From: Eledone cirrhosa
Lineage: Eukaryota
NCBI GenBank assembly: GCA_964016885.1
Contig: OZ024740.1
Span: forward strand, 379,688,001-379,752,000
DNA length: 64,000 nt
Reading direction: 5' to 3'
Shown here: one piece after another, positions 27,839 through 41,263 of the stretch
How the letters are laid out: each line of letters opens with the position of its first letter
Numbering within the stretch: the first letter of the stretch is position 1
Translations under genes and position numbers: made by a program
Notes under the pieces: model-generated
Told to the model about the DNA's origin: nothing
Database searches by the model: none
Seen by the model: only the letters and a program-made list of their open reading frames with translations

Positions 27839-29709
27839 GGCTCCTCACCCTCAAAGGGTACAACCCCAGTAGTACAAACCGGGTCCGTAAACAATTAATC
27901 AACTTCTTCCGGGACTGGGGATTTAAAATCACCCTACAAACGTCGCTAACCCGAGTCAATTTCCTGGACGTTACCCTTAACCTCGAAAATGATCTGTACT
28001 ACCCATACAGGAAACCAAACGACAACCTGTACTACATCCACCGCCGCTCTAACCATCCTAGAAACATCACCAATAACCTGGTTAAAAACATCTCCCTCCG
28101 CATATCTCGTTTGTCCACTAATGAGCAGATATTCGACGAACACGCGCCTCATTACAACCAGGCCATCAAGCGGAGTGGCTTCCGGGAGGAAATATCCTTT
28201 TATCCAGCTTCCCTTAGCGGAACCAGCAGGCCTCACCGCCGCTCACGCAACGTAACGTGGTTCAATCCTCCCCATAATGCCGAGGTGGCAACACCTATCG
28301 GGAAAATCTTCTTAAAAGACTTCCCACTACAACACTGCTACCACAACATAATCAACAAAAACACCATCAAACTCTCCTACAGCACCACACCTAACTTCGC
28401 ACAAAACATCGTCTCCTCAAACAACAAAAAACTCAACCCTTATGGAAGAAATAACCTAGACATCAGTGGAGAGCCGACCAGGAGGTGTAACTGCCCTGAT
28501 ATATCTACGTGCCCCCTCGACAACAAATGCCGAGAACGTAACGTGATCTACTAGTGCAACGTGACGACGGACACCTCCAACAAAGCTTATATAGGATTAA
28601 CCGCGTGTGACTTCAAGACCCAGCTCTACCAACACCGACATACTTTCCGAAACCCGGTCCAGCGACATGCCACTACACTTTCGGGCCACATCTGGGACCC
28701 CCAATATAATAATATAACCTACAATCTCACTTGGAGCTTACTGTCCAGAGCTAACTCTTACATGGGAGGACGCCGTCCGTGTAACTTATGCTCGGAGGAA
28801 ACATTACAAGTATTGTTTTCGACGGACCAACTCCTAAACAAGAAAGACGAATTGGTAACCGCATGCAAACACAGATTGCGTAGGACTTACCTCGCCCTCA
28901 AACCCCATAACGACCCCGGTGGGTAGACAAGGGCTGATACCCCCACTTGCCGAATAAGTTAGGGGAAACCCCAGCTTACTTAGGTAGATGTTAATCTTTT
29001 CTTTTCCTCCTTTTCTTCCTCTTCCCTCTGTCTCATCCTATCATTTCCTTCCACCCCCTATTTTCTTCCTCGTCTGCTTTTCCCCTTTCGCCTACCCCGA
29101 TGCAACCCATCGGGCCTCTGTAGCATCAGTTCCCGCACCCCTGTAATTTTAAGATAGATTTGGCCGAATACGTTTTACTAACTACTTATAGCAGACGTGT
29201 TAAACCCCTTTAATTTTGTATCAGTTCTGGTACTACTCAATTTCTACAAGTTTTTTCTATTCTCAACTTATTAACCTGTAATTGTAAGATAGCATTGTGA
29301 TTTTTTTAATTCATTTCTCACTATATATTTTTTCATTTTTTCTATTATCTTTTATTGTCTCCTACTCTCATTCGATTTACCTATTCTATAACCTCATTCC
29401 TCCACTTCATACATTATCCTTAGAATCTGCTGTATACATATCACTTTCAACGCTTGACCGCTCCACTCATACCCCTATTGTTCTACAGGCAAGTTCAGCC
29501 ACCCCTACCTTCCACCAAATGCCATGATAGACTTATTTGTGTTTATAACAACTTTTTAAACAAATCCTCATGACAACTACAATCTTCCCATATAAGGAAG
29601 TACCCCTTGACTAGTTCGGCTATTTATTCACCAGGCTAAAAATTCTAATTTAGTCCAGAAATAGCCGTCGAAACGGCTTGAGCTCTGCCGTCGGGGTTCA
29701 TACTTTTTT

Positions 29710-29712
<3 letters not shown>
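27839..29712 (+). mobile_element. 5'-truncated Penelope-like element (RT thumb + GIY-YIG, Naiad-like), with 3' UTR and terminal hammerhead remnant
   Basis: Frame 27841-28926: VNFLDVTLNL..YYPYRKPN..YIH..SNHP, VTWFNPP, CNC..CPLDNKC..VIY*..AYIGLT..FK..H..TLSGHIW..CNLC.EE..LLNKKDEL..CKH; one TAG at 28552; ends in (TA)n. Confidence 0.92.
29602..29697 (+). ncRNA. Decayed type I hammerhead ribozyme of the Penelope terminal repeat
   Basis: ACCCC-TTGACTA (two changes from CTGACGA)-stem II cggctattt/aaatagccg-GAAA-CGGC ttgagctct GCCG-TC-GGGGT. Confidence 0.75.
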
Positions 29713-29756
<44 letters not shown>

Positions 29757-29807
29757 AAAAAGGGAAAAAAAATTTTTTCTTCCTAATAATCGTCTCTTTC
29801 TCCCTGT

Positions 29808-29866
<59 letters not shown>

Positions 29867-29891
29867 TGTAATAAACAACATAAGGCAATTA

Positions 29892-29952
29892 TTTCATTTA
29901 CCAGTGGTTTCTTGAAAGCAAACAAATTTTGCTTTCAATCATCAAAATGAAA
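29892..29952 (-). ncRNA. Inverted copy of the 32968 hammerhead with a C-to-T core change (TTGATGA)
   Basis: Reverse complement of 32968-33028. Confidence 0.7.
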
Positions 29953-30253
29953 AAATCCTGGTGTATTTATTGACATTGGATTTTAAAAACAAAAATATAA
30001 TCTATATGAAAGTGAAGCTGGAAAAGGAAGAAGGAAAGGAAAAATAAACACACATGCACACACACACACACACACAATTACATACACACACATATATACA
30101 TACACATATATATACACATACATGCACATACACACACACATATATATATATATATATACATACACATACATATACATACATACACACATATATATCAACA
30201 TATCCATACATAAACATACACACAAATACACAAACACGCACACACACACACAA

Positions 30254-30291
<38 letters not shown>

Positions 30292-30568
30292 ATACATACA
30301 CACAATCATACATATATACACACGTACATACACACACATACATACACACATATATACTCTTAAATATATATATATATACATACACACACAACCATACAAA
30401 TGCACACATATATACATACATATACATACATATACGTATATATATACATATAGGAAAAAGTATGACCCCCACGGCAGAGCTCAAGCCGTTTCTGAGGCTA
30501 TTATATATATACACACATAAACAATTATATAAAAATACACACACACAAATACACACACACACACACAT

Positions 30569-30600
<32 letters not shown>

Positions 30601-31053
30601 AATACAACAGAAGCATATAAAATACAATTATATACACACATACATATACATACAGATATATATAAACATACATACACACATACATATACATACACACACA
30701 CATATATATATATATATATACATATATACACATATACGCAACACACACACACACAGAAATAAATATCTAAAAATAAAAAAAGGTGGGTATGTGAAGGGTA
30801 AGGTAGAAAGTTGGGGGGAAAATAAGGAAAATAAATGACATAGGAAAAGGTTTAAATATAAGGGGAGATAAGGGAGAAAAAGAATATAAGAGTACAGAAA
30901 GTGAATTCAGAAGGTAAAAAAATCGTAGTGGATGTAAGGCGTAGAGAGCAGAGAAGAAGTTCAAGGTGGTTGAGTTATCGTAGGAATGTCAACAGTAATG
31001 GTGGCATTCTTTAAGGGTATGTCAATATTTATTTATAAAACTGCTCTATATTA

Positions 31054-31118
31054 TATTTTATCTGATGAAAGCACACCATAATTTAACTTGGTGTCCTTGA
31101 AATATGTATAATGAAATA
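31054..31118 (+). ncRNA. Type I hammerhead ribozyme motif, intact core
   Basis: TATTTTAT-CTGATGA-aag(c)acacca/tggtgt(c)ctt-GAAA-TATGTA-TA-ATGAAATA; stem I 8 bp with one G-U. Confidence 0.8.
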
Positions 31119-31448
31119 AATATGGTTTTATAAATATAGTTTCCATTTGTTAATATCGTATTTTTACTCCAAATAATTGTTGAGTGCTTTATATCAGTTA
31201 TAAAAATATTTGCTTGTTGCATCCCAACTATTTAAATAGAACTTTTACATATATATATATATTTATATAATGTGTGTGTGCGTGTGTATATTTGTGTGTG
31301 TGTATTTTTATATAATTGTTTATGTGTATATATATAATAGCCTCAGAAACGGCTTGAGCTCTGCCGTGGGGTCATACTTTTTCCTATATGTATATATATA
31401 TACGTATATGTATGTATATGTATGTATATATGTGTGTATTTGTATGGT

Positions 31449-31509
<61 letters not shown>

Positions 31510-31718
31510 GTATGTGTGTATGTATATGCATAATTACATACAGTAATTTAATGCTTATTTTCATTGATCTTGTTGAGTGCTCTAAATCAGCTATAAACAT
31601 TTATACCCTTTTCTAATTATTTATTTATTTATTATTTGTTGTATTCCCAACTTTTTATTTTTATATATATATAATATTTATGTATTTTCTTATATATATA
31701 TGTGTGTGTGTATGTATG

Positions 31719-31749
<31 letters not shown>

Positions 31750-31750
31750 G

Positions 31751-31836
<86 letters not shown>

Positions 31837-31925
31837 AGAGTTAAACAGGGTTCATATGAATACATCTAAGAATGAGTTTTACACACATACATATGTGTGT
31901 GTATATATTTGTATGTATGTGTTTG

Positions 31926-32004
<79 letters not shown>

Positions 32005-32253
32005 GTGTGTGTGTATGTATATGTGTATGTGTATGTATGTGTATATGTATATGTATGTGTGTGTGTGTGTATGTATTTATTTTTATATATGTATGTGTAT
32101 GTGCAATTGTGTGTATTGCTTACCACGTGTGTGTGTGCGTATGTAGGTGTGTGTACATATATCTATATTTGTGCATGCGTATGTATGCGTGTATATATGT
32201 GTGTATGTATGTGTGTATATGTATGTGTGTATATATGTATGATTGTGTGTATG

Positions 32254-32308
<55 letters not shown>

Positions 32309-32401
32309 ATAATAATAAATTTGAAGACTAAAATCCAAAGAGGGCTCTATAAGGATAAATATATATCAAATATATAAGAACCGTAGAGAAAATATTTATT
32401 A

Positions 32402-32535
32402 AAATAACAGATTAAAGTTTAAGCAAAGAATCGCTGCTTTCACCCTTAACGGGATCTTCTGAAACTCATACATACACATATATGATCCCGTTAAGGGTGA
32501 AAGCAGCGATTCTTTGCTTAAACTTTAATCTGTTA

Positions 32536-32540
<5 letters not shown>
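32402..32540. repeat. Hairpin (about 55-bp perfect arms) with partial hammerhead-like core
   Basis: aataacagattaaagtttaagcaaagaatcgctgctttcacccttaacgggatc and its reverse complement; minus strand reads cagaaga-tcccgttaagggt-gaaa. Confidence 0.85.
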
Positions 32541-32592
<52 letters not shown>

Positions 32593-32683
32593 GTGTGTGT
32601 GTGTGTGCGTGTTTGTGTATTTGTGTGTATGTTTATGTATGAATATGTTGATATATATGTATGTATGTATATGTATATGTATG

Positions 32684-32792
<109 letters not shown>

Positions 32793-32967
32793 ATGTGTAT
32801 GTATGTGTATATATATGTGTATGTATATATGTGTGTGTCTGCAATTATGTGTGTGTGTGTGTGCATGTCTGTTTATTTTTCCTTTCCTTCTTCCTTTTCC
32901 AGCCTCACTTTCATATAGATTATATTTTTGTTTTTAAAATCCAATGTCAATAAATACACCAGGATTT

Positions 32968-33028
32968 TTTCATTCTGATGATTGAAAGCAAAATTTGTTT
33001 GCTTTCAAGAAACCACTGGTAAATGAAA
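32968..33028 (+). ncRNA. Type I hammerhead ribozyme motif, intact core
   Basis: TTTCATT-CTGATGA-TTGAAAGCAAA atttg TTTGCTTTCAA-GAAA-CCA c TGG-TA-AATGAAA; all three stems pair. Confidence 0.88.
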
Positions 33029-33136
33029 TAATTGCCTTATGTTGTTTATTACATAACTATTAAGCTCTGTAACTTACATAGAGTACTCTTTTTTCCAGGA
33101 CCTTTCCGACGGAATTACTTCATTTATATATATATA

Positions 33137-33231
<95 letters not shown>

Positions 33232-33484
33232 CCCTACAAAGTAAACACTCTCTAATATAGCCTATTTCATATACATACATGTACATAGATACACACAGAG
33301 TGCTACATATATGCATATAAATATGCATACACATAAACACATATACATGTCTTGAAATTCCACGTACTGGCTCTTTTAGTTTTTGAAACCATAATTAGGG
33401 CAATATACAGGTTAGGATTTGCTTCCTTTAACTAATTTAATGTTTATCCCCCTCCACTACCAAAGTGTGATTTTGGGATAAATG

Positions 33485-33533
<49 letters not shown>

Positions 33534-33614
33534 TATAACGAAGGAATTGTGGTAAGGAACCAGATGGACCATAACGCACCAGAGTACTCAATACTTAGGG
33601 TAGCAGAGTGGGTA

Positions 33615-33740
33615 ATAGGAAAAAGAATGACCCCGACGGCAGAGCTCAAGCCGTTTCCCGGCTATTTCTGGACTGAAATAGTCCAGAAATAGCCGTCGAA
33701 ACGGCTTGAGCTCTGCCGTCGGGGTCATTCTTTTTCCTAT
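33615..33740. repeat. Palindrome of the Penelope pLTR 3' half (same family as 29650-29712)
   Basis: Centre ggactgaaatagtcc; the arms contain gaaacggcttgagctctgccgtcggggtca. Further copies at 30449-30502 (-) and 31336-31388 (+). Confidence 0.9.
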
Positions 33741-33744
33741 ATAT

Positions 33745-33852
<108 letters not shown>

Positions 33853-34170
33853 GTTATTCCAGGTTGAATCGGGGTTAACCACAGTAAGTAAGGTACTCAA
33901 TGCATAGCAGAGTATAAAAGTTTTAATATAAATTAAAAAAATATATATATACTAAAACCTATATATATATGTGAGAAAAACCACAGACTCTCCATCTCAA
34001 CTCTAATTTGTAAAGCAGAAGAACTGCGAAACCGGTAAAGGAACCAAATAAATATATATATTTAAAAAAAAATAATACTCCAGTTGCATTTTCGATTTCA
34101 TCTTTTTTTCTTTATATATATATATATATAAGAATAAACGTGCTGCGTGGTTGCTAATGGGTTACATATG

Positions 34171-34880
34171 AATAAAGTTAGTCCTTCATCAGTGATCTTC
34201 CAACCATCATTGGTATTTCATCGCTTTAAAGACCATATACCTCCGGTTGGTGCGAGCAACGGCTAAAAAAAGGCGTTTATTCTCATATTTACACATATTT
34301 TTTCTCCCGCTGTGACCCGTCTATTTCGTTCTTACTGCCTCCTCTTTATCTGTATCTTTACCCTCTCTAACAGTCACTCTCTCTGTTAGCCTCTTCCTCA
34401 CCCTTCACTCCCTCACTCTCTGTTACTACCTCTCCTCCTCCCCCTTCTTCCCGTTTGACCTGTGCGTAATTCTTTTCTTTCGCACCCTTGGTCAGGCAGG
34501 TCGCTTTTTTTCTCTCTCTCGTCTACGATTTCACAGAACTTACGTTCACCGAATTCACAGACTAGATTCCTTCTTCCTCCTGTTAGACCTGTACGGAATT
34601 CCTTCCTTGCTCACATTCCAACCAGGTTTGATGATCTTTATTCTCTCTCGTTCACGATTTCACCGAACTTATATTCATGGAAATTTGGGACTTGACTCCT
34701 TCTTCCTCACCTTTCGTTGCTTCACCATCTTTGTTTGTTTACACTCTCGTGTCCCCTTTATTTACGTGTCCCAACGACTTTTTTTTAGCCGTTGCTCGCA
34801 CCAACCGGAGGTATATGGTCTTTAAAGCGATGAAATACCAATGATGGCTGGAAGATCACTGATGAAGGACTAACTTTATT
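34171..34880. mobile_element. Element with about 107-bp inverted arms and an internal about 127-bp tandem duplication, in (TA)n
   Basis: Arms 34171-34277 and 34773-34880; internal repeats about 34444-34570 and 34571-34700; the arm contains gaaatac..ctgatgaaggac. Confidence 0.75.
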
Positions 34881-35021
34881 TATATATATATATATATACA
34901 TACTTTAATATATATATATATATTTTTTTAATCCATACGTACATATATATATGTGTGCATGTATGTATATATATACATACTACTGTACGTCTGTATACAT
35001 ATATGTATGTACGTATACATA

Positions 35022-35068
<47 letters not shown>

Positions 35069-35278
35069 GTCGATCGACTTTGGTCAAATCGGACCGAGGA
35101 AACAATGTTGTTTGGTCTTTCCAATTGGTAGTATTATCTATCGGTCGCAACTCCAGGTAGAAGGAGCACCGTGGAATAAAGTGTCTTGCTCAAGGACAAA
35201 ACGCATCGCCCGGTCCTGGAAGTGAACGCACGACCTCACGATTGCGAATCCAATTCTCTAACCACCCAGCCACGCGCC

Positions 35279-35452
<174 letters not shown>

Positions 35453-36029
35453 GCTGTGCGTATATATGAGTATATTTATATCTCTGCGTCTACCCATTTT
35501 CCCTGTTTCTGTTTGTGTGTATATGTCTGTTTGTTGGGAGTGGTAAAGAGAGGTGTGGGGTTACTATTTAGATATATTAAGGGGTAGCAAGAAAGAAAAA
35601 ACGCTGATTCAGAGCAGGAAGAGTAGGTTACAAAGAAGCGATTGCTTGATTTCTTGCCAAAAGTATGGAACAGTCAGTCTGAAGGTTGTCACGACGACAT
35701 AGTCTTGGAAATTATTCAAATTTAGAAGAATTCTTGATATTCGGGTCGGTTGTTTATTTATGTTTATTTACACAAACACACAGACACACATCGAGGCCCT
35801 CATTTGTGAATATATACGAGATTCCTATTACATAAATTCATATACGTACACACATGCACTCAAATGTAAACGCATGCATACACACATAACCATGCCTTTA
35901 CCTGCAGGTATTCACATGTGTATGCATGGAGTGGCGTATACACACATAGACACACATACACGCGCATACACATACCTACATGCATACATACTCGTACATA
36001 TACATACATAGATACGTGGAAAGCTACTA

Positions 36030-36297
36030 CAGTGAATTCAGTATTTCCTGATGAACAGAGCCCAGCATATTATAATCAGAAGAATACGATCAAGCTCAAC
36101 CAAATTCAGTAGTGGCCTTCCACAGGGAACTATGATACCAAACTCCAGAATGTCAAGTAGGAAACTGGACACACATTCAATCGGATCTAACAAACAAAAA
36201 CCAAAAAAAAAAAAAAAAAAATACAAAGTTATTAAACGAGGATAAATTTGAGTAAATACACTTTGGAAAAGAGGATGATGCACTTAAGTTACCATAT
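36030..36297 (+). mobile_element. CR1/L2-group LINE RT fragment
   Basis: NRAQHIII..SSSTKFSSGLPQGT and LNEDKFE*IHFGKEDDALKLPY. Confidence 0.7.
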
Positions 36298-36544
36298 TAG
36301 ACAAATTAGGGAGGATACAGAAATAGAACCAAGAAGACCTAGGCTGAACAGAAAACATAAGTGGAATAGCAACAACCATACACAAACACACGCTATTGAT
36401 CAAAGATAGAATATAAACACATAAACACACGCAGACTCAGACACGAACACACGAGCACACACCAAACAGAATACACGCACACAAACACATGCGCAAACAG
36501 AGACAACAACAAAAAAAAACGTCATAGAATCACAACGGTGGCGA

Positions 36545-36830
36545 TGCATTGCGATAATCACTGAAGATGTTACAGAAAAATGTGTGACGAAAGAACTTTG
36601 AAAAATTATATCTATATCTATATTGTTAACTGTTGGTTAATAATAAACATTGATTGCCAGCTAAATTATTGATAAAAATATAAAAATATACTGAAGCGAA
36701 AACCATACCAAACAGTGAGTGTGTTTTACTATTTTTGGCAACATTAAGACTGCATAACCCTCCTCAAATATAACAACATCTGTTTCAACGCACGATTTCA
36801 TATCAAAATCCTTGCAAAATAAATATATGT
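36545..36830 (+). mobile_element. Penelope-type terminal repeat, same family as 12300-12583
   Basis: CTGAAGA-tgttaca..tgtgac-GAAA-gaactttg followed by about 250 bp collinear similarity ending ccttgcaaaa + TA. Confidence 0.75.
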
Positions 36831-37272
36831 ATATACACATACGGTAAGATTTCACATACTTAATATAGTGAAGTAGAAAACTTCGAGTAACTAAGCTTTT
36901 CTATGCCATTAGCAGAAAATACTACCTCTAAGGGCTCTTAAAAACCAAAAATACCAGGCAAAGGAGACAACGCCAATAAAAATCACTAACTGAGATTTTT
37001 AAAAATATAGAAAACACAAGCTATCCTTGATGGATTCGACCTATGTGAAAAAACGTACAAGTAATTGTTATCCTATCTAATTATTTGGGCATAGTGTTGG
37101 ATTGAGAGAATCGTAGCTACTATTTTTAGTAGGTCAAAATGAGTAGCTACATGGCAGGGTGCAATGTGAAGAAGGATGTATAATGGAGTCTTATACTCAT
37201 TGTTTAAACCTAGTGTAGTCTTTTTCATCAGAAGCTAGCTAACAATGATCAACCCATCATTTAAAAAAAATA

Positions 37273-37456
37273 ATAATTGTTTCTACGTTAGGCACAAGGC
37301 CAACAATTACCCAGTGTATTACTGGTACTTTATTTTATCGACCCCGTAAGGATGAAAGGCAAAGTCAACCTCGGCGGGATTTGAACTCAGATCGTAAAGG
37401 GACGTAACTATGCTGGAAAGCATGGCGTCCGACCCTCTACTGATACTGCCAATCCA
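37273..37456 (-). mobile_element. SINE A with TSD aaaaaataataat
   Basis: Near-identical to the 4621 copy. Confidence 0.92.
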
Positions 37457-37795
37457 AAAAATAATAATTTCAATTATAGAAGGCGGTGAATTGGCAGGAT
37501 CATATCTGACAGAATGCTTTGCAGAATTTGTTCTGGTCTTCTGATGTCAACTTTGCTTTTCATCCCTTCGAGGTAGATAAATGAGTGCCAATGATGGGCG
37601 ATTGATTGGAGGAATTGGTAGAATGTTGGCAGAGTTGTCAAAACGTCGGATAGAATGTTTTATGGTATTTGTTCCGTCTCTGTGCATTGAGTTCAAAACC
37701 CGCCGAGGTCGATAAAAATGTACTAGTCCTCTACAGGAGTTGATTCTTTCTCTGCATCTCTTTCTCATCTTTCCCACTTCCTCTCACTCAATCAC

Positions 37796-37868
<73 letters not shown>

Positions 37869-38388
37869 CTCTCTCTCTCTTTCTCTAGAAGAAATCAGTT
37901 GTCTTCAGACCAGGTTTAAAAAGTGCTCTACGCGCTACAGTATTCCTACGACACTTTCAGGAGTCACGAATCCACACATGTATAGATACATTACATTATC
38001 CAATGTGCTTTTCATTTCCTTAAGACAATAGATTCCAACTGACAAGATGGACATCTACATCGCCATCATACACTTAATACTGCCTTTGACATATGTGTTT
38101 GAATTCCACTATCGAAAACAAATTCAATTTAACACTCAGTAAGTTTCAGAAGAACAATATATACTCAATTATAAGAATAATCCATGGAATCAGTCATTGG
38201 TCTGCGTTTCTAAAACTTTGCAGCAGTCAGTTCCTAATTGCTGAACATCATTAAAAGTTTCATTCTTTTAACTCTATCGTACCAGACTTTCTCTCTCACA
38301 CGCACACTCTCTTTCTTTTAATTTCTTTTTTGACAATTTGAGTGATACTTAGGAATGTTATTTCTCATTAACGATTTCATACCTAAAT

Positions 38389-38463
<75 letters not shown>

Positions 38464-38489
38464 ACATATGCATATATATATATACATAT

Positions 38490-39309
38490 AACTTTGATAA
38501 CTTTGATAAGTTTCGGCCAGTATTGGCCCAGGCCATGTCTAACTTAATAGCAACACCTGGTGAAGTCTTACAAATCAGGGTTTGGGCACCATGGCCCACT
38601 CGAACAGAGAGTTATTGTTTACGGAGGCATATCCGGGTGTAGGAGGCTTATCCGGGATTTATTGAAGGAATTTGTCCAAAGACTTCTTGAACTTGATGGG
38701 GTCTGTTTCTGTTTTGATGTGTTTTGGTGTAATGTTAAAGAGAGCAGGGCCAATTGAGGTGAAATAATTGTGCCGTATTGTTGTTATGAGATGCGAGTGA
38801 GATTTTTGTCGTGGGCGGATAGCATGGGGCCCAAGCCTTGGGTGTACATTAGAGGTGATGCCAACATCATTTAGGCAAAGCTGATGGAATATTTTCCACA
38901 TCATGTAGATAATGTAGCGCTCACGGCGACGTTGGAGAGAATAAAGGTTGAGCTTTTCTAATCGACTCCAATAGTCAAGGCCTGTCATGCCATATATCTT
39001 TTTTGTAATCGAAATTTGGGGTGCTTCAACTTTCATGATACTTTGTTTCGTGTGGGGAGACCGCAGTGGACAACAGTATTCAAGGTGGGGTCGGGCAAAA
39101 GTGGAGAAGAGAAGGATAACAGTGTGGATATGTCTCGACTGGAAGGTTCTGAGAATCCAGGAGCACATTCTGCGGGCCATGTCAACTTTGCTGCTTATAT
39201 GAGTGGCCCACTTATGTTGTTGTCCACAATTACTCCCAGGTCTCTGCTGATGTTGGATGCCACTAGAGTTTCACCCGAAGGAAGAGAGTATGGTAATTTC
39301 AGGGCATCC
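38490..39309 (-). mobile_element. CR1/L2-group LINE 3' end
   Basis: RDLGVIVDN..ARRMCSWILRTF..RPHLEYCCPL..LYSLQRRRERY..GPALFN..FKKSLDKFL; 3' stem-loop ggcc-aatact-ggcc and (ttatcaaag)n tail. Confidence 0.9.
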
Positions 39310-39593
39310 TGAAAGGAGAGTAAGCACAAACACGGACAGAGATATGAACTCTCCTTTCAAAATATGCATGTAGCAATTAATAATTTTTCTTCCAAATTTT
39401 ATTATTATTATTTGTATAAATATGGAACTTAACCATATTATGCATATCCGCAGTTGACAACGCATAAAAGGCTGAAACCGGTACCATTATTAAATGCGGA
39501 AATATCCTCTTTATAAATAAATAAATGTTTCGATACACTGAAAGAATCTCTTCAGCATTTTCTACTGAAAAATCTGTTTCCTTTCTACTATTT

Positions 39594-39679
<86 letters not shown>

Positions 39680-39745
39680 ATACATATATATATAAAATTA
39701 TACATACATATATAATATTATATATATATATATAAAACTATATAT

Positions 39746-39814
<69 letters not shown>

Positions 39815-39990
39815 ACAGAGTTTTATAAGTTGTTTGAAGCATTGTTGAATAGGAAACAAATTTAAATAATTTTGAAAACCAAAAAATATATATAGTTAAA
39901 AAACGAAACAAAACAAACGCAGGGATGCAAAATTAAACAGTTATATTAGATTCACGCTTATATATTTATCTATCTATATATACATATATA

Positions 39991-40086
<96 letters not shown>

Positions 40087-40312
40087 GCGTGCATGCGTGC
40101 GTGTGTGTATGTGTGTGAGTGTGCTTGTTTGTATGAACAAGGCTTTTCACAATCTAAAATACTCATTACTTCTCGAGGAAAAGACTTAACATATTTGAAT
40201 ATTGATGACTAAGTTACAGAGCTAATAAAAAATATATGCAATTGTATCAGTGACCAGTTCATAGAGGAACGACGAAAATGGGTAAACAAGGCTCTTCTTT
40301 GATTACTATTTG

Positions 40313-40656
40313 CCATATTTGCCGGCATATTAGACGCACTTTTTTTCAAAAAAAACAAAAATTCTTCCCTGCGTCCAGTACACCCGTATCATAGATGCAA
40401 GATTGAACCGAAGGCGAGGACAATTATGGTTAAAACAATTTAGTCTGTAATACTAATAGTATTACTGATACAGCAATACAATACAATTTATATAAGAAAA
40501 ATTATGTTGAAGTTATATAGAGTTTCTGAGAAAACAATGAAATAATTTTAAATGAATTTATGTAGAAATGTACTAAAATTCATTTTTTCTCAAAATGTCA
40601 TTGTAAACTAGGTCACGTCTTATACAAAGGGGTGTCAAATAGGCCGGCAAATACGG
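40313..40656. mobile_element. MITE of Tc1/mariner (pogo/Tc2-like) type
   Basis: TIRs ccatatttgccggc / gccggcaaatacgg, TA on the right flank. Confidence 0.7.
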
Positions 40657-40678
40657 TATATATATATATATATATATA

Positions 40679-41050
40679 TAAATTAATAAAAACAATGAAT
40701 AAAAACAAAGAACAAGTTCCTTATATTAAAAAATTCATCATTTTACGATCGTTTCTAGGCTATATGTGTGTGTTGGTATGTATATCATATAGATCTATGT
40801 AAAAATATTACAAACTATCAGAGGAAATATACATACCTTCACATATATATGCTTTTGTCATCATTTCTGAAGAAAGCATAAATATGTGAAGGTATGTATA
40901 TTTCCTCTGATAGTTTGTAATATTTTTACAGAGATCTATATGATATACATACCAACACATATATATATCCTAGAAACGATCGTAAAATGATGATTTTTTT
41001 TAATATAAGGAACTTGTTCTTTGTTTTTATTCATTGTTTTTATTAATTTA
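40679..41050. repeat. About 370-bp fold-back (arms about 177 bp) starting at (TA)n
   Basis: 40679-40855 is the reverse complement of 40872-41050. Confidence 0.92.
40858..40993 (+). ncRNA. Type I hammerhead ribozyme motif with about 100-nt stem II
   Basis: TCATCATTT-CTGAAGA-[atatgtg/cacatat, ggtatgtatat/atatacatacc, ctctg/cagag]-GAAA-CGATCG-TA-AAATGATGA. Confidence 0.8.
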
Positions 41051-41173
41051 TCTTAACTCTGTTTTCCTATGATTTTCATCGAAAATCTTTGAATGCATCT
41101 TCTCTTTTCATGATATTTGGATTACATTGAGTTCTTCATACGGATTGGACACTACCGTATATGTTGGTAGATT

Positions 41174-41263
<90 letters not shown>

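Noticed and set aside
28552-28554. Recoded stop (selenocysteine, reported for some Naiad elements) in the Penelope ORF
   Set aside because: The in-frame stop is TAG at a non-Cys position; the cysteines are encoded by TGY.
38505-38540. ggcc-aatact-ggcc-gaaac as a hammerhead (minus strand)
   Set aside because: No CUGANGA upstream; position fits the LINE 3' stem-loop before the tail repeat.
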